Assembly (NCBI GenBank): GCA_944362545.1 | Contig: CALVTJ010000004.1 | Coordinates: forward strand, 68,494-132,493 | DNA length: 64,000 nucleotides | Reading direction: 5' to 3' | From: an uncultured Clostridia bacterium | GTDB taxonomy: Bacteria > Bacillota > Clostridia > Christensenellales > UBA1242 | Part shown: positions 45,341 to 56,086 of the stretch, one piece after another | Layout: the number at the start of each line of letters is the position of its first letter | How positions within the stretch are numbered: the first letter of the stretch is position 1 | Notes under the pieces: model-generated | Told to the model about the DNA's origin: nothing | Seen by the model: the letters and a program-made list of their open reading frames with translations, nothing else | The model's database searches: none | Position numbers and translations under genes: made by a program

Positions 45341-45416
45341 TATTTTGTTCTCCTTTTGAGGGGCTCGCCCTTTTTTGTTTTTGTTTGATTTTTAAATGCA
45401 ATATATCTTTGAAAAA

Positions 45417-45533
45417 TTAGCCTTGTGTTTGTTTATGCTTTTTGCTCTTGGAACAAATAACCATAACTTTGCCATTTCTCTTGATAACTTTGCACTTATC
45501 ACACATAGGTTTAACCGATGCTCTGACTTTCAT
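45417..45533 (-). CDS. rpmJ: 50S ribosomal protein L36
   Basis: Below the ORF-track cutoff, translated by eye: [38 protein letters not shown] (zinc form, C..C..C..H). Confidence 0.9.
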   Translation of the reverse strand: MKVRASVKPMCDKCKVIKRNGKVMVICSKSKKHKQTQG

Positions 45534-45546
45534 TTTTTGCTCCTTT

Positions 45547-45768
45547 TTAACCCTTTTCTCTCCAAGTGATTCTTCCTTTTGAGAGGTCATACGGACTCAT
45601 CTCAATTTTCACTTTGTCGCCTTCAATGATTCTGATGAAATTTTGTCTAAGTTTTCCAGAAATGTAAGCAGTGATAACATGCCCATTTGACAAGGTGACT
45701 TTGAATGTCATGCTTGGCAAAACTTCTGTGACAACTCCTTCAAATTCAATTACATCTTCCTTTGACAT
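45547..45768 (-). CDS. infA: Translation initiation factor IF-1
   Basis: [41 protein letters not shown]. Confidence 0.95.
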   Translation of the reverse strand: MSKEDVIEFEGVVTEVLPSMTFKVTLSNGHVITAYISGKLRQNFIRIIEGDKVKIEMSPYDLSKGRITWREKG

Positions 45769-46028
45769 AAAAGGCTCCTTTCTTTTAAAAATTTTCGAAT
45801 TTCCGCATTTGTTTTTTCCTGTTCAGATTTGAGTTTCTGCGCATCAAACCCAATTTTTGAAGCCTTCTGAACATGTTTGAGGCTCTTTTTTTTCGGTTTA
45901 GTCAATTTAAGTCGGTCGCCATCAACCAAAAAGCAAAATTTGTCATCAAGTTTGGCTACCACAAAAATCTGATTTTTTTCTTTTCCGGCAGTGGCAATGA
46001 CAACATCACCTGTTTGCAAATTCATCAT
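45750..46028 (-). CDS. KOW-domain small RNA-binding protein (YbzG family)
   Basis: 92 aa between map and infA, the position of B. subtilis ybzG. Carries a KOW-like [18 protein letters not shown]. Confidence 0.7.
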   Translation of the reverse strand: MMNLQTGDVVIATAGKEKNQIFVVAKLDDKFCFLVDGDRLKLTKPKKKSLKHVQKASKIGFDAQKLKSEQEKTNAEIRKFLKERSLLCQRKM

Positions 46029-46785
46029 CTTTCTCCAAAGTCAAAATTTGCACTCCTGTCTTTGTGAAAAGAACAGTGTTTTCATAATGTGCCGAAGGTT
46101 TGCCATCGCGAGTGACAATTCCCCAGCCATCACGAAGCATGTAGATTTCTTTCTTTCCCGCGTTTATCATAGGTTCAATCGCAAGAACGGCATTTTCTGC
46201 AATGATTGGACCATCTGTTTCTTTCCCGTAGTTCAAAACGGATGGAGCCTCATGCATTCTTCTGCCAATGCCATGTCCACAGAGTTCACGAACAACCGAG
46301 AATCCGTTTGACTCTGCATGAGTTTGAATAGCATGAGAGAGTTTTCCAAGTCGGTCGCCAATACGAATGTTTTCAATACCTTTGAAAAAACATTCTTTGG
46401 TGACTCTAATCAGTTTTTTCTTCTCTTCGCTAATCTCGCCGACAGGGTAAGTTCTTGCAGCATCACCATGATAGCCTTTGTAGGCAACCACAAGGTCAAC
46501 GCTGACAATGTCGCCTTCTTTTAAGATTATGTCCTTGCTAGGAATGCCATGAACCACCATTTCATTGACTGAAATGCAGGTTGCAGCCGGATAGCCTTCA
46601 TAGCCCAGACATGCAGGCGAACCACCACTTTCTATTATAAACTTTTCTATGGATTTGTCAATATCATAAGTGGAAACTCCTGGTTTTATCAGAGTTTTCG
46701 CATACACCAAAGCATCGCGAGTAAGTTCGCACGCTTTTTTGATAAGCACAATCTCTGCAGGTGTCTTTTGAATCAACTCAATCAC
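46006..46785 (-). CDS. map: Type I methionine aminopeptidase
   Basis: Pita-bread metal ligands in context (VSVDLVVAYKGYHGDAA, CGHGIG, AIEPM). Confidence 0.93.
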   Translation of the reverse strand: MIELIQKTPAEIVLIKKACELTRDALVYAKTLIKPGVSTYDIDKSIEKFIIESGGSPACLGYEGYPAATCISVNEMVVHGIPSKDIILKEGDIVSVDLVVAYKGYHGDAARTYPVGEISEEKKKLIRVTKECFFKGIENIRIGDRLGKLSHAIQTHAESNGFSVVRELCGHGIGRRMHEAPSVLNYGKETDGPIIAENAVLAIEPMINAGKKEIYMLRDGWGIVTRDGKPSAHYENTVLFTKTGVQILTLEKDDEFANR

Positions 46786-47398
46786 TCCTTTTTAAAAAGT
46801 TTTTCACAGGTTTGTATGTTTCTTGAGGAGAATTCTCTCCTTTGACAACAAACAACCTATCAGCGTAGAAGTTTATGAGTGGTGATGTCTGTTTTTCATA
46901 AACTTCCAGACGATGATTGACTGTTTCCAAATTATCGTCATCTCTTTGGAACAGTGGTGAACCGCATGCCTTGCAAGTAGTTTTATTATAGGTAGAAGTG
47001 TTGTAAATCTCACCACATTTACTGCACACCCTTCTGCCTAGACATCTGCGTCTGACTTCGTCAAACGAAACATCCAATTCAATTACAGCATCAATTTTTG
47101 CTATCTTTTCGAGCGCTTTTGCTTGCTCAATAGTCCTTGGAAAGCCATCAAGCACAAAACCTTTTTTGCAATCTTTTTGTGATATGCGCTCTTTAAGCAT
47201 CGCAATTGTCACGCTGTCCGGAACAAGTTGTCCTTTGTCCATATAAGATTTTGCCAGATTTCCAACTTCTGTTCCATCTTTTATATTTTCGCGGAAAAGG
47301 TCGCCAGTGGAAATGTGCACCAAACCAAAGTCTTTTGCAATTTGCCTTGCCAGCGTTCCTTTGCCTGAAAATGGAGCACCGAGAAGAATTAAATTCAT
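46778..47398 (-). CDS. adk: Adenylate kinase (zinc-lid form)
   Basis: GAPFSGKGT P-loop. Lid with CSKCGEIY..CKACG. Confidence 0.95.
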   Translation of the reverse strand: MNLILLGAPFSGKGTLARQIAKDFGLVHISTGDLFRENIKDGTEVGNLAKSYMDKGQLVPDSVTIAMLKERISQKDCKKGFVLDGFPRTIEQAKALEKIAKIDAVIELDVSFDEVRRRCLGRRVCSKCGEIYNTSTYNKTTCKACGSPLFQRDDDNLETVNHRLEVYEKQTSPLINFYADRLFVVKGENSPQETYKPVKNFLKRSD

Positions 47399-47420
47399 AA
47401 TTCAACCTCCGTGATTTGTT

Positions 47421-48722
47421 TTAATTTAAAAAGCCTTTATAGTTTCTCATAAGCATCTGTGCTTCCAAACTCTTGTCAAATTCAAGTGCAACAGAAACAA
47501 TAATCATAAGTCCTGTTGTGCTGAATGCGTTGATAAGACTTGCAAGTGTCACATCATCAATAGCCTTAAATGCTAAAGATGGAATGAGGGCGATAAACGC
47601 CAAGAAGATTGCACCAAAAAGCGTAATCCTTTTTGAGATTTTTCGCAAATAATCCGAAGTGGTTTTTCCTGGTCTAATACCTGGAATAAATCCGCCTTGT
47701 TGTTGCATACGCCTTGATATGTCATCCGTGTCAAATGTGATTTGAGCATAGAAGAACGCAAATGCCAAAATGAGCAATGCCAACAGCACAATGTAAACCC
47801 AAGAGCCTGTGCCCAAATAGGTGTTATACCAATTGAGTGCACCTTCCCAAGAAGGAACAATGCTCATAATAAGTTGTGGAAGTGTCAAAAGAGATGTCGC
47901 AAAGATGATTGGCATAACTCCGGAAGCATTCAATTTGATTGGAATGAATGTGTCCTGACCACCATACATTCTTCTGCCTTTAATCTGTTTTGCATACTTA
48001 ACCCCCACTCTTCTTTCGGAAGAATCGATGAAAACGATAAGCCCGAAAATCAAAACGAGTGCCACAAGATAGATGATAACCATCCAAAGATTTGTGATGT
48101 CGTTTCCTACCTGTGAAATAGCATTTGAAATGCCATTTGCAGATGATGAAATGATACCAACAAAAATCAAAAGGCTCATGCCGTTTCCAACACCAATTTG
48201 TGTGATTTTTTCACCAAGCCAAACGGTAAACATTCCGCCTGCTGTCAAAATCAAGACAATTCCTGCTGCAATCACCCAAAGTGGAAGATTGAGAATGTCA
48301 GTGTCGATATAACTTTGGAAGGAAACCACAATTCCAATTGCCTGTGCCAAAGCCAAAACCAAAGCACAAATACGAGTGTAAAATGTGATTTTTCTTCTTC
48401 CATCTTCACCCTGTTTTGACAATCTTTCAAGTGATGGTATGGCAACTGTCAAAAGTTGAATAACGATTGATGCCGTGATATAAGGCGACACGCCCAGAGC
48501 AAGAATCGAACCATTTGACAATGCATCACCAGAGAGCAAATTCATAAGTGAGAAGAATGTTGTTCCTTCTGCTGAACCGCTTTCTGCAATCGCACCAGAA
48601 AGGTCAAATCCAGGACACACCAATGCACAACCCACTCTGAAAAGAATGAGAAGACCAAGCGTGATGAGAATTTTCTTTCTCAAATCCTTGATTTTAAAGG
48701 CATTTACGAGAGTCTTAAACAT
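47421..48722 (-). CDS. secY: Preprotein translocase subunit SecY
   Basis: 433 aa, 10 TM helices, in the canonical position after rplO. Confidence 0.95.
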   Translation of the reverse strand: MFKTLVNAFKIKDLRKKILITLGLLILFRVGCALVCPGFDLSGAIAESGSAEGTTFFSLMNLLSGDALSNGSILALGVSPYITASIVIQLLTVAIPSLERLSKQGEDGRRKITFYTRICALVLALAQAIGIVVSFQSYIDTDILNLPLWVIAAGIVLILTAGGMFTVWLGEKITQIGVGNGMSLLIFVGIISSSANGISNAISQVGNDITNLWMVIIYLVALVLIFGLIVFIDSSERRVGVKYAKQIKGRRMYGGQDTFIPIKLNASGVMPIIFATSLLTLPQLIMSIVPSWEGALNWYNTYLGTGSWVYIVLLALLILAFAFFYAQITFDTDDISRRMQQQGGFIPGIRPGKTTSDYLRKISKRITLFGAIFLAFIALIPSLAFKAIDDVTLASLINAFSTTGLMIIVSVALEFDKSLEAQMLMRNYKGFLN

Positions 48723-48725
48723 AGA

Positions 48726-49175
48726 TTACTCCTCTATTTCGATTTTTCCACCTGCTTTTTCAATTTTTTCAATTGCAGATTTTGTGGCCTTTTTAGCCTT
48801 GATTGTGAGAGGTTTTGTAATCTCTCCATCGCCAAGCACTTTAAGTCCATAAGGTGCTCTCTTGCCGATAACTCTGTATTCATACAAGAGTTCTTCGGTG
48901 ATAACTGTGTTTGGTTCAAAAATCTCCAAATCGCCAACATTTACTGTGGAGTAAACTTTGCGATAGTTGTAGTTATTGAACCCACGAATTGGAATCTTTC
49001 TGATAAGTGGAATGTTTCCGCCTTCAAATCCAGGCTTAACACCGCCACCACTTCTTGACCATTGACCCTTTTGACCTTTTCCAGAGGTTTTGCCAATGCC
49101 AGAGCCGATTCCACGACCAACTCTAACCTTTTTAGTTGTTGAGCCAGCGGCAGGTTTAAGATTTTCTAATTTCAT
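48726..49175 (-). CDS. rplO: 50S ribosomal protein L15
   Basis: MKLENLKPAAGSTTKKVRVGRGIGSGIGKTSGKG. Start trimmed to ATG 49175 after AAGGAGG. Confidence 0.95.
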   Translation of the reverse strand: MKLENLKPAAGSTTKKVRVGRGIGSGIGKTSGKGQKGQWSRSGGGVKPGFEGGNIPLIRKIPIRGFNNYNYRKVYSTVNVGDLEIFEPNTVITEELLYEYRVIGKRAPYGLKVLGDGEITKPLTIKAKKATKSAIEKIEKAGGKIEIEE

Positions 49176-49185
49176 TTTTGCCTCC

Positions 49186-49374
49186 TTACTCTTCAACCAC
49201 TTCAACGAGGTGTCTTACATGGAACAAACTTCCACGAATGCTGTCGTTGTCTGGTAAAATTCTAGTTTGGTTAAGTTTTTTAAATCCAAGGGCTTCCAAA
49301 ATTTTCATTTGGTCTTTGTTATAACCAATATTACTTCTAACCCAAGTGACTTTCAATGTTTTCTTGTTTTTCAT
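49186..49374 (-). CDS. rpmD: 50S ribosomal protein L30
   Basis: 62 aa. LKVTWVRSNIGYNKDQMKILEALGF. Confidence 0.93.
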   Translation of the reverse strand: MKNKKTLKVTWVRSNIGYNKDQMKILEALGFKKLNQTRILPDNDSIRGSLFHVRHLVEVVEE

Positions 49375-49386
49375 AACGCCCTCCGA

Positions 49387-49935
49387 TTAAATTTCCTCAG
49401 GCTTTTTGCCACGACGAGTAGCAATTTCTTCTCTTGTTTTGAGAGAAAGAAGCCCATTCATAGTTGCTCTAACAACATTGATTCTGTTTGTAGAACCGTG
49501 AATCTTTGTCACAATATCCTTAACGCCAGCAACTTCCAAAACAGCTCTGGCAGCACCACCAGCGATAACTCCGTGACCTTCTTCAGCAGGAAGCATCAAA
49601 ATCTTTGTTGTGCTAAATTTTCCAACTGTTTCATGAGGAATTGTTCCGTTTACAACAGAAATCTTCCTCATGTTTTTCTTTGCAACAACTGTTGCTTTGT
49701 CAATTGCGTTTGGAACTTCAGCACCCTTGCCGATGCCCATTCCAACATTGCCCTTGCCATCTCCAACGACAACAAGTGCGGAGAAACGCATGGTCCTTCC
49801 ACCCTTGACAACCTTTGTCACACGGCGAACATGGACAAGTCTTTTTTCCATGCCATCATCTTCTTTTTTGACAGGTCTTTCACGACGGTTGTTTGCAGGT
49901 CTATCTTCTCTCTTCTTCTTAATTTCTTCTGCCAT
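49387..49935 (-). CDS. rpsE: 30S ribosomal protein S5
   Basis: [36 protein letters not shown]. Confidence 0.95.
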   Translation of the reverse strand: MAEEIKKKREDRPANNRRERPVKKEDDGMEKRLVHVRRVTKVVKGGRTMRFSALVVVGDGKGNVGMGIGKGAEVPNAIDKATVVAKKNMRKISVVNGTIPHETVGKFSTTKILMLPAEEGHGVIAGGAARAVLEVAGVKDIVTKIHGSTNRINVVRATMNGLLSLKTREEIATRRGKKPEEI

Positions 49936-49944
49936 GACATCCTC

Positions 49945-50313
49945 CTAAAACTTAAGTCCTGATGCTCTAGCACCATCAGCGACTGCCTGAACTCGTCCTG
50001 TGTAGATGTAGCCACCTCTATCAAAAACGACTTCTTTGATTTTCTTTTCCACTGCTCTCTTGCCGATAACTTCACCAACAATCTTTGCAGCTTCTGTCTT
50101 TGTCTTGCCTTTAATCTGTTCTGCAACTTCTTTGTCGAGAGTAGAAGCAGAAACGAGAGTCTTGCCGTTTTCATCATCAATGATTTGAGCATAGATGTTT
50201 GTCAAACTTCTGTAAACATTAAGTCTTGGTCTTTTTGCAGTGCCAACAACTGTTTTTCTTACTCTTGCATGACGAACAAGTCTATCTTTGTTCTTATCTT
50301 TAACAGTAATCAT
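49945..50313 (-). CDS. rplR: 50S ribosomal protein L18
   Basis: [33 protein letters not shown]. Confidence 0.95.
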   Translation of the reverse strand: MITVKDKNKDRLVRHARVRKTVVGTAKRPRLNVYRSLTNIYAQIIDDENGKTLVSASTLDKEVAEQIKGKTKTEAAKIVGEVIGKRAVEKKIKEVVFDRGGYIYTGRVQAVADGARASGLKF

Positions 50314-50327
50314 TTCTCAATTTCCTC

Positions 50328-50870
50328 CTACTTCTTTGCCTTGCTTGCAGCCTTACCAACCTTTCTTACAAGGTGTTCACCATCATAGTGAATTCCATAG
50401 CCATGATAAGGTTCATATGGTCTTTTGCTTCTAATAACAGAGCAGAATTTGCCAACACTATCTCTGTCAACGCCTGAAACAACAATTTCAGTTGCGGATG
50501 GGCAAGCCACTTTCAAATCAGAAGGAATGACAACTTCAATTGGATGAGAATAGCCAAGTCCCATAACAAGTTTATTGCCAGAAACCTGTGCCTTATAACC
50601 AACTCCGGCAATAACAAGTTTCTTTTCCCAACCCTTTGTCACACCAACAACCATGTTGTGAACAAGTGCTCTTGAGAGTCCTTGTTTTGCGCTCAATTCT
50701 TCATTTTCATACGTGAAATGAACTTCATTGTCCTTTACTTCTGTTTTGATACCTTTGTCAATCACAAATTTCAATGTGCCCTTTGGTCCTGAAACAGTGA
50801 TTTCTTCTCCATTTCTGGTGAAAGTTGCACCATTTTCAAGTTTAACTGGTTTATTTCCTATTCTTGACAT
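50328..50870 (-). CDS. rplF: 50S ribosomal protein L6
   Basis: MSRIGNKPVKL..VSGPKGTL. Start trimmed to ATG 50870 after AAGGAGG. Confidence 0.95.
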   Translation of the reverse strand: MSRIGNKPVKLENGATFTRNGEEITVSGPKGTLKFVIDKGIKTEVKDNEVHFTYENEELSAKQGLSRALVHNMVVGVTKGWEKKLVIAGVGYKAQVSGNKLVMGLGYSHPIEVVIPSDLKVACPSATEIVVSGVDRDSVGKFCSVIRSKRPYEPYHGYGIHYDGEHLVRKVGKAASKAKK

Positions 50871-50881
50871 AATGCACCTCC

Positions 50882-51280
50882 TTACCATACATAAGCGAGA
50901 ACTTCGCCACCAACATTCAAACTTCTTGCAACCTTGTCAGTCACAATGCCCTTGTTTGTTGAAATGATAGCGATTCCAAGCCCGCTTATAACCTTTGGAA
51001 GATGTTCTTTGTCAGAATAAATTCTAAGTCCAGGTTTTGAAATTCTCTTCAAACCCTGAATGACACTCTGTCCATCTTCATCATACTTGAGTGTGATTTC
51101 GATGTTTTTAAAAGAACCAGAGTCAACGAGTTTATATTCTGCAATATAACCTTCATCCAAAAGGATTTTTGTTATTTCCAATTTTTCTTTTGATGCAGGA
51201 ACTTCAACAGTCTTATGTTTTGCACTTATAGCATTTCTAAGACGAGTCAACATATCTGCAATTGGGTCTGTCACAAACAT
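50882..51280 (-). CDS. rpsH: 30S ribosomal protein S8
   Basis: [27 protein letters not shown]. Confidence 0.95.
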   Translation of the reverse strand: MFVTDPIADMLTRLRNAISAKHKTVEVPASKEKLEITKILLDEGYIAEYKLVDSGSFKNIEITLKYDEDGQSVIQGLKRISKPGLRIYSDKEHLPKVISGLGIAIISTNKGIVTDKVARSLNVGGEVLAYVW

Positions 51281-51290
51281 AATTCCCTCC

Positions 51291-51476
51291 TTACCAACTT
51301 GACTTCTTCACGCCAGGAATTTCCCCGCGGTTAGCCATTTCTCTAAAACAGATTCTGCAAATGCCATATTTGCGAAGCACTGCGTGAGGTCTGCCACAAA
51401 TAGAGCAACGAGTGTATGCTCTTGTTTTATATTTAGGTGTTCTTTTCTGTTTTGCAATCAATGATTTTTTAGCCAT
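51291..51476 (-). CDS. rpsN: 30S ribosomal protein S14 (type Z, zinc form)
   Basis: 61 aa. [23 protein letters not shown]. Confidence 0.95.
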   Translation of the reverse strand: MAKKSLIAKQKRTPKYKTRAYTRCSICGRPHAVLRKYGICRICFREMANRGEIPGVKKSSW

Positions 51477-51487
51477 GAACTTTCCTC

Positions 51488-52036
51488 CTATCTAGCGAAA
51501 GGCAAACCAAGTGCCTTCAAAAGTGCTTTTGCCTCTGCATCAGTTTTTGCAGTGGTAATAAAAGATACATCAAGCCCTCTAATTTTTTCCACTTTGTCGT
51601 AAGCGATTTCTGGGAAAATAAGTTGTTCCTTAATGCCCATTGAGTAGTTTCCTCTGCCATCAAATGACTTATCGGAAATTCCTCTGAAGTCTCTCACTCT
51701 TGGAAGTGCAATTCCTGTAAGTCTGTCGAAGAATTCATACATTCTTCTGCCACGAAGTGTGACCATTGCACCAATCTTGAGCCCCTGTCTAACCTTGAAG
51801 TTTGAAATAGCTTTTTTAGCCTTTGTTGCAACAGGCTTTTGTCCAGAGATAAGTGCCAATTCTTCAACGGCTGTGTTAAAACTCTTTGAATTGTCCTTAA
51901 CATCTCCAAGTCTCATATTCAAAACGATTTTAACAAGTTTTGGAACTTCATTTACGTTTTTATAGCCAAACTCTTTGACAAGTGCTGGAACAATTTCTTC
52001 TTTATAACGCTTTGCTGTTTGATTTTGTTCTTTCAT
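51488..52036 (-). CDS. rplE: 50S ribosomal protein L5
   Basis: [36 protein letters not shown]. Confidence 0.95.
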   Translation of the reverse strand: MKEQNQTAKRYKEEIVPALVKEFGYKNVNEVPKLVKIVLNMRLGDVKDNSKSFNTAVEELALISGQKPVATKAKKAISNFKVRQGLKIGAMVTLRGRRMYEFFDRLTGIALPRVRDFRGISDKSFDGRGNYSMGIKEQLIFPEIAYDKVEKIRGLDVSFITTAKTDAEAKALLKALGLPFAR

Positions 52037-52047
52037 CTTCCACCACC

Positions 52048-52584
52048 TTATGCTTCTGTTTTAGCAGCTGGTTTCTTTGTCGACTTTTTTGTTGTTGAGG
52101 TTTTTGCCTCTTTTGTTTTGCTTGCTGTTGTCTTGACTGTCTTTGAAGTGTTCTTCTCTTCAGTCTTCTTTTCTTCTGCTTTCTTTGTTGTCTTTGCAGT
52201 TTTTGCATTTTCAACCTTTGCAGAAGAGATGTTTTTCTTTGCATCTTTCTTTGTTGCTTTCACAAATTCTTTGTCAAGAGAAGCGGAGCATTTTTTGCAA
52301 ACTCTAACTTTCTTGCCATCAATTTCTTTATGTCCAACTCTTGTAGCTTTTCCACAAGTTGGGCAAACAACCAAAACATTTGAAGCCTCAATTGGAGCAG
52401 TTTGCTTTACAATTTCACTCTTTTCATTTTGCTTTCTTGCCTTCTTGTGTTTTGTCACAATGTTGACACCATCAACCAAAACCTTGTTATTTTTTGGGAA
52501 AACATCCAAAACTTTTCCGGTTTTGCCCTTTTCTTTTCCTGTGATAACCAAAACGGTATCACCTTTCTTTATTGTCATACTCAT
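52048..52584 (-). CDS. rplX: 50S ribosomal protein L24 with a Cys4 insert and a lysine-rich C-terminal extension
   Basis: KOW core [30 protein letters not shown] sits where B. subtilis L24 has no cysteines. About 70 extra K/A/T-rich residues bring it to 178 aa. Confidence 0.9.
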   Translation of the reverse strand: MSMTIKKGDTVLVITGKEKGKTGKVLDVFPKNNKVLVDGVNIVTKHKKARKQNEKSEIVKQTAPIEASNVLVVCPTCGKATRVGHKEIDGKKVRVCKKCSASLDKEFVKATKKDAKKNISSAKVENAKTAKTTKKAEEKKTEEKNTSKTVKTTASKTKEAKTSTTKKSTKKPAAKTEA

Positions 52585-52599
52585 TTCGATGTTCTCCTT

Positions 52600-52968
52600 T
52601 TAAATAACTTCCGGAGCAAGTGATATTATCTTCATGTATCCTTTGTCACGAAGTTCTCTTGCAATAGGCCCAAACACACGAGTACCCTTTGGTTGTTTTT
52701 GATTATCTATAATCACAGCAGCATTGTCATCAAAACGGATATGAGAACCATCAGGTCTGTTCAAACCCTTTGTTGTTCTGACAATAACTGCCTTCACAAC
52801 ATCACCTTTCTTAACTGAACCACCAGGGATGGCTTTCTTGACAGATGCGACAATAACATCACCGATGTTTCCGCTTCTTCTAAAAGAACCACCAAGAACT
52901 CTGATACACATAATTTCTTTTGCACCTGTGTTGTCAGCAACTTTAAGTCTTGTTTGAGGTTGTACCAT
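52600..52968 (-). CDS. rplN: 50S ribosomal protein L14
   Basis: [28 protein letters not shown]. Confidence 0.96.
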   Translation of the reverse strand: MVQPQTRLKVADNTGAKEIMCIRVLGGSFRRSGNIGDVIVASVKKAIPGGSVKKGDVVKAVIVRTTKGLNRPDGSHIRFDDNAAVIIDNQKQPKGTRVFGPIARELRDKGYMKIISLAPEVI

Positions 52969-52978
52969 ATCTATCCTC

Positions 52979-53242
52979 CTATTCCGCTTTTTCTACGATT
53001 TTAACAACTCTGTGATATTTTTCTTTTGAAAGAGGACGGGTTTCCATAATAAGCACGGTATCCCCAACTCCACATTCATTGTTTTCATCGTGTGCTTTAA
53101 ATTTCTTTGTTTTTTGAACGACTTTTTTGATTTTTGGATCCTTAACTCTGTAAGTGACCTTAACAACGACAGTTTTGTCCATTGTGCCAGCGCTTACAAC
53201 AACGCCTTGTCTTGTATTTCTCAAATTTCTACTTTGTTCCAT
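52979..53242 (-). CDS. rpsQ: 30S ribosomal protein S17
   Basis: [25 protein letters not shown]. Start trimmed to ATG 53242 after GGAGG. Confidence 0.93.
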   Translation of the reverse strand: MEQSRNLRNTRQGVVVSAGTMDKTVVVKVTYRVKDPKIKKVVQKTKKFKAHDENNECGVGDTVLIMETRPLSKEKYHRVVKIVEKAE

Positions 53243-53447
53243 CGTTGTTTCCTCCATTTGCTATTTCCTTTTCTCTGATAGCAGTTTGAACTCTGGCAAT
53301 TTCTCTTCTCACATTTCTGATTGCAAGAGGGTTTGCCAAGTTTCTCGTAGCATGTGAAAAACGAAGATTAAAGAGTTCAGTTTTAAGTTCTTTAAGTCTT
53401 GCGTTCAATTTATCAAGAGAAAGAGTTTTGATTTCTTCATTCTTCAT
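53229..53447 (-). CDS. rpmC: 50S ribosomal protein L29
   Basis: [36 protein letters not shown]. Start trimmed to ATG 53447. Confidence 0.93.
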   Translation of the reverse strand: MKNEEIKTLSLDKLNARLKELKTELFNLRFSHATRNLANPLAIRNVRREIARVQTAIREKEIANGGNNDGTK

Positions 53448-53877
53448 TCTTCTCACCACCTTCTACGGCGTTTTCCTTCTTGACAAATTTGGTCTTGCAA
53501 GGAAGTTTGTTTCCAGCAAGTCTGAGAGCTTCCTTAGCCGTAGCTTCGGAAATTCCTTCAATTTCAAAAAGGACTCTGCCTGGTTTTACAACTGCAACCC
53601 AAAATTCTGGATTACCTTTTCCAGAACCCATACGAGTTTCAGCCGGTTTCTTTGTCACTGGTTTATCTGGGAAAATCTTAATCCAAACTTTTCCACCGCG
53701 CTTGATGTATCTTGTAAGAGCGATACGAGCAGCTTCAATTTGATTTGATTTAATCCAGCAAGGTTCGCACGCAATAATGCCGTAAGTGCCATAAGTCAAG
53801 GTGTTGCCCTTTGTAGCCTTTCCGGTCATTCTTCCACGCATAACTTTTCTTCTTTTAACTCTCTTAGGCATTAACAT
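53437..53877 (-). CDS. rplP: 50S ribosomal protein L16
   Basis: [25 protein letters not shown]. Confidence 0.96.
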   Translation of the reverse strand: MLMPKRVKRRKVMRGRMTGKATKGNTLTYGTYGIIACEPCWIKSNQIEAARIALTRYIKRGGKVWIKIFPDKPVTKKPAETRMGSGKGNPEFWVAVVKPGRVLFEIEGISEATAKEALRLAGNKLPCKTKFVKKENAVEGGEKNEE

Positions 53878-54541
53878 TGTTTTTGTCCTCCTTTATAGGT
53901 TGTTTAGACAAAATCTCGCCCTTGTAAATCCAGCATTTGATTCCAAGTTTTCCATAGTTTGTAAGTGCTGCTGATTCTGCATAATCAATGTCCGCACGAA
54001 GAGTGTGAAGTGGAAGAGAGCCTTCCATATACTTTTCTGTTCTTGCGATTGAGTTTGCGCCATCAATAACACCACTAACTTGAACCTTGCAACCTTTTGC
54101 TCCTGCCTTCATAACTCTTTGAATGGCCTGTTTCAAGGCTCTTCTCCAAGCCACACGCTTTTCAAGTTGTGAAGCGATTGAATCAGCAACAAGTTGCGCG
54201 TTAAGGTCAGGTTTTTTAACTTCCTTAACATTTAAAACAAGGTTTTTAACAGGTCTAACAATCTTGTTAAGATCTTTCTTAATTGCCTCGATTCCTGCAC
54301 CCTTTGTGCCGATAATCATACCAGGTTTTCCTGTGTAAATATCGATTTCAAGTTTGTTTTCTGTTCTTTTGATTTCAACTTCAGCGATACCTGAATTTGA
54401 ATGTTTTTTCTTAAAGTAAGTTCTTACATCATGGTCTTCTTTAAGATTTTTGGCAAAATCTTGTTTATTGGCATACCAAGTTGATTGCCAGTCTTTGTTG
54501 ATACCAATTCTAAGTCCGTATGGATTAACTTTCTGCCCCAT
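53864..54541 (-). CDS. rpsC: 30S ribosomal protein S3
   Basis: [24 protein letters not shown]. Start trimmed to ATG 54541. Confidence 0.96.
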   Translation of the reverse strand: MGQKVNPYGLRIGINKDWQSTWYANKQDFAKNLKEDHDVRTYFKKKHSNSGIAEVEIKRTENKLEIDIYTGKPGMIIGTKGAGIEAIKKDLNKIVRPVKNLVLNVKEVKKPDLNAQLVADSIASQLEKRVAWRRALKQAIQRVMKAGAKGCKVQVSGVIDGANSIARTEKYMEGSLPLHTLRADIDYAESAALTNYGKLGIKCWIYKGEILSKQPIKEDKNNVNA

Positions 54542-54936
54542 TATTTTGCCTCCTTCAACTCGTCCAAAACGATTTTGATATGACAAGTTTTCTTCAAAAT
54601 TCTGTCTGCTCTTCCTCTTGCTCTAAAAGAAATTCTCTTCATAAGTGCACCGGAAGTGGAATAGCACTCAGCAACATAAAGGTTGTCTGCTGAAAGACCT
54701 TTGTTGTTTTCAGCATTTGCAATCGCACTCTTCAAAACTTTCAATGCTTCACTAGCACCAACCTGTGGCATGTAAGTAAGAATGGCAACAGCCTCGTTTG
54801 CTTTCTTTCCTCTGATGTTGTCAAGAACAATTCTAACCTTTGATGAGCTCATGCGAACATCTTTTGCAACAGCATAAGGACGATTGTCTTTGTTTGTGGC
54901 TCTTTTTTCAGCCTTTTGTCTAATTCTTGTAGCCAT
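54541..54936 (-). CDS. rplV: 50S ribosomal protein L22
   Basis: AKDVRMSSSKVRIVLDNIRGKKANEAVAILTY. Confidence 0.95.
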   Translation of the reverse strand: MATRIRQKAEKRATNKDNRPYAVAKDVRMSSSKVRIVLDNIRGKKANEAVAILTYMPQVGASEALKVLKSAIANAENNKGLSADNLYVAECYSTSGALMKRISFRARGRADRILKKTCHIKIVLDELKEAK

Positions 54937-54946
54937 TTTTCTCTCC

Positions 54947-55231
54947 TTATTGACTCAATTTTGCGGCAGTTTGTTTTTGTCCCGCATGTCCTTTGAAAGT
55001 TCTTGTTAAAGAGAATTCGCCAAGTTTGTGACCAACCATATCAGCAGTCACATAAACAGGAATATGTTTTTTGCCATTGTGAACAGCAAATGTAAAACCT
55101 ACAAATTCTGGATAGATTGTTGAACTTCTTGACCATGTCTTGATAGGTTTTTTAACACCGCTTTCTGCCATTTCATTAACTTTTTTCAAAAGTCTTGGGC
55201 TGACATAAGGCTTTTTCATTTCTTTTTTCAT
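54947..55231 (-). CDS. rpsS: 30S ribosomal protein S19
   Basis: [32 protein letters not shown]. Confidence 0.96.
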   Translation of the reverse strand: MKKEMKKPYVSPRLLKKVNEMAESGVKKPIKTWSRSSTIYPEFVGFTFAVHNGKKHIPVYVTADMVGHKLGEFSLTRTFKGHAGQKQTAAKLSQ

Positions 55232-55245
55232 TTATGGCCTCCTCC

Positions 55246-56073
55246 TTAATTTACTCTCTTAACCATCAAACGGTTAGATCTGTTTTTCTTCTTTCTGGTC
55301 TTAAGACCAAGTGCAGGTTTGCCCCAAGGTGTCACAGGTGACTTCATACCAACAGGGCTCTTGCCTTCACCACCACCATGTGGGTGGTCGTTAGGGTTCA
55401 TAACAACACCACGAACGGTTGGGCGAACACCCATATGTCTTGTTCTTCCAGCCTTACCGATAGAAACAAGTTCGTGGTCAAGATTTCCAACAGTGCCGAT
55501 TGTTGCACGGCAGTTGAGAAGAACTTTTCTCATTTCTCCTGATGGAAGTCTGAGTGTTGCATAATTTCCTTCTTTTGCCATAAGTTGCACTTCTGCACCA
55601 GCAGAACGAGCAAGTTGGCCACCTCTTTTTGGTTCAAGTTCAATGTTGTGAACAAGTGAACCTACAGGGATATCTGAAAGTGGAAGGTTGTTTCCAACTT
55701 TGATTTCCACTCCACTTCCGCTCATAAGCACATCTCCAACCTTAAGTCCGACAGGAGCAATGATATATCTCTTTTCTCCATCAGCATATGAAAGCAGTGC
55801 GATGTAAGCGGTTCTGTTTGGATCGTATTCGATTGCAACCACCTTTGCAGGGATGTTGTCTTTGTTTCTCTTAAAGTCGATGATACGATACTTTCTTCTG
55901 TTTCCGCCACCCTTGTGACGAACAGTGATCTTTCCTTGTGCATTTCTTCCAGAATGTTTCTTCTTAACAGCAAGGAGAGACTTTTCAGGTTCTTTCTTTG
56001 TCAATTCTTCTGTCGAAAGTTTTGAATAAAATCTTCTTCCGGCTGAAGTTGGATTACTTTTTATAATAGCCAT
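55246..56073 (-). CDS. rplB: 50S ribosomal protein L2
   Basis: [36 protein letters not shown]. Confidence 0.96.
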   Translation of the reverse strand: MAIIKSNPTSAGRRFYSKLSTEELTKKEPEKSLLAVKKKHSGRNAQGKITVRHKGGGNRRKYRIIDFKRNKDNIPAKVVAIEYDPNRTAYIALLSYADGEKRYIIAPVGLKVGDVLMSGSGVEIKVGNNLPLSDIPVGSLVHNIELEPKRGGQLARSAGAEVQLMAKEGNYATLRLPSGEMRKVLLNCRATIGTVGNLDHELVSIGKAGRTRHMGVRPTVRGVVMNPNDHPHGGGEGKSPVGMKSPVTPWGKPALGLKTRKKKNRSNRLMVKRVN

Positions 56074-56086
56074 TTTCTCCTCCTAA

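Noticed and set aside
45341-45416. GGGC-TC-GCCC plus T-run on the plus strand between rpsM and rpmJ, which looks like a plus-strand terminator.
   Set aside because: No plus-strand gene lies upstream. The stem is only 4 bp with a 2-nt loop. It is probably incidental within the rpmJ-rpsM spacer.
52002-52603. Low-complexity ORFs (52002-52244 minus, 52019-52603 plus) overlapping rplX and rplE.
   Set aside because: They are frame shadows of the lysine-rich (AAG/AAA-repeat) tail of L24. The L24 frame carries the KOW core and fits the operon spacing.
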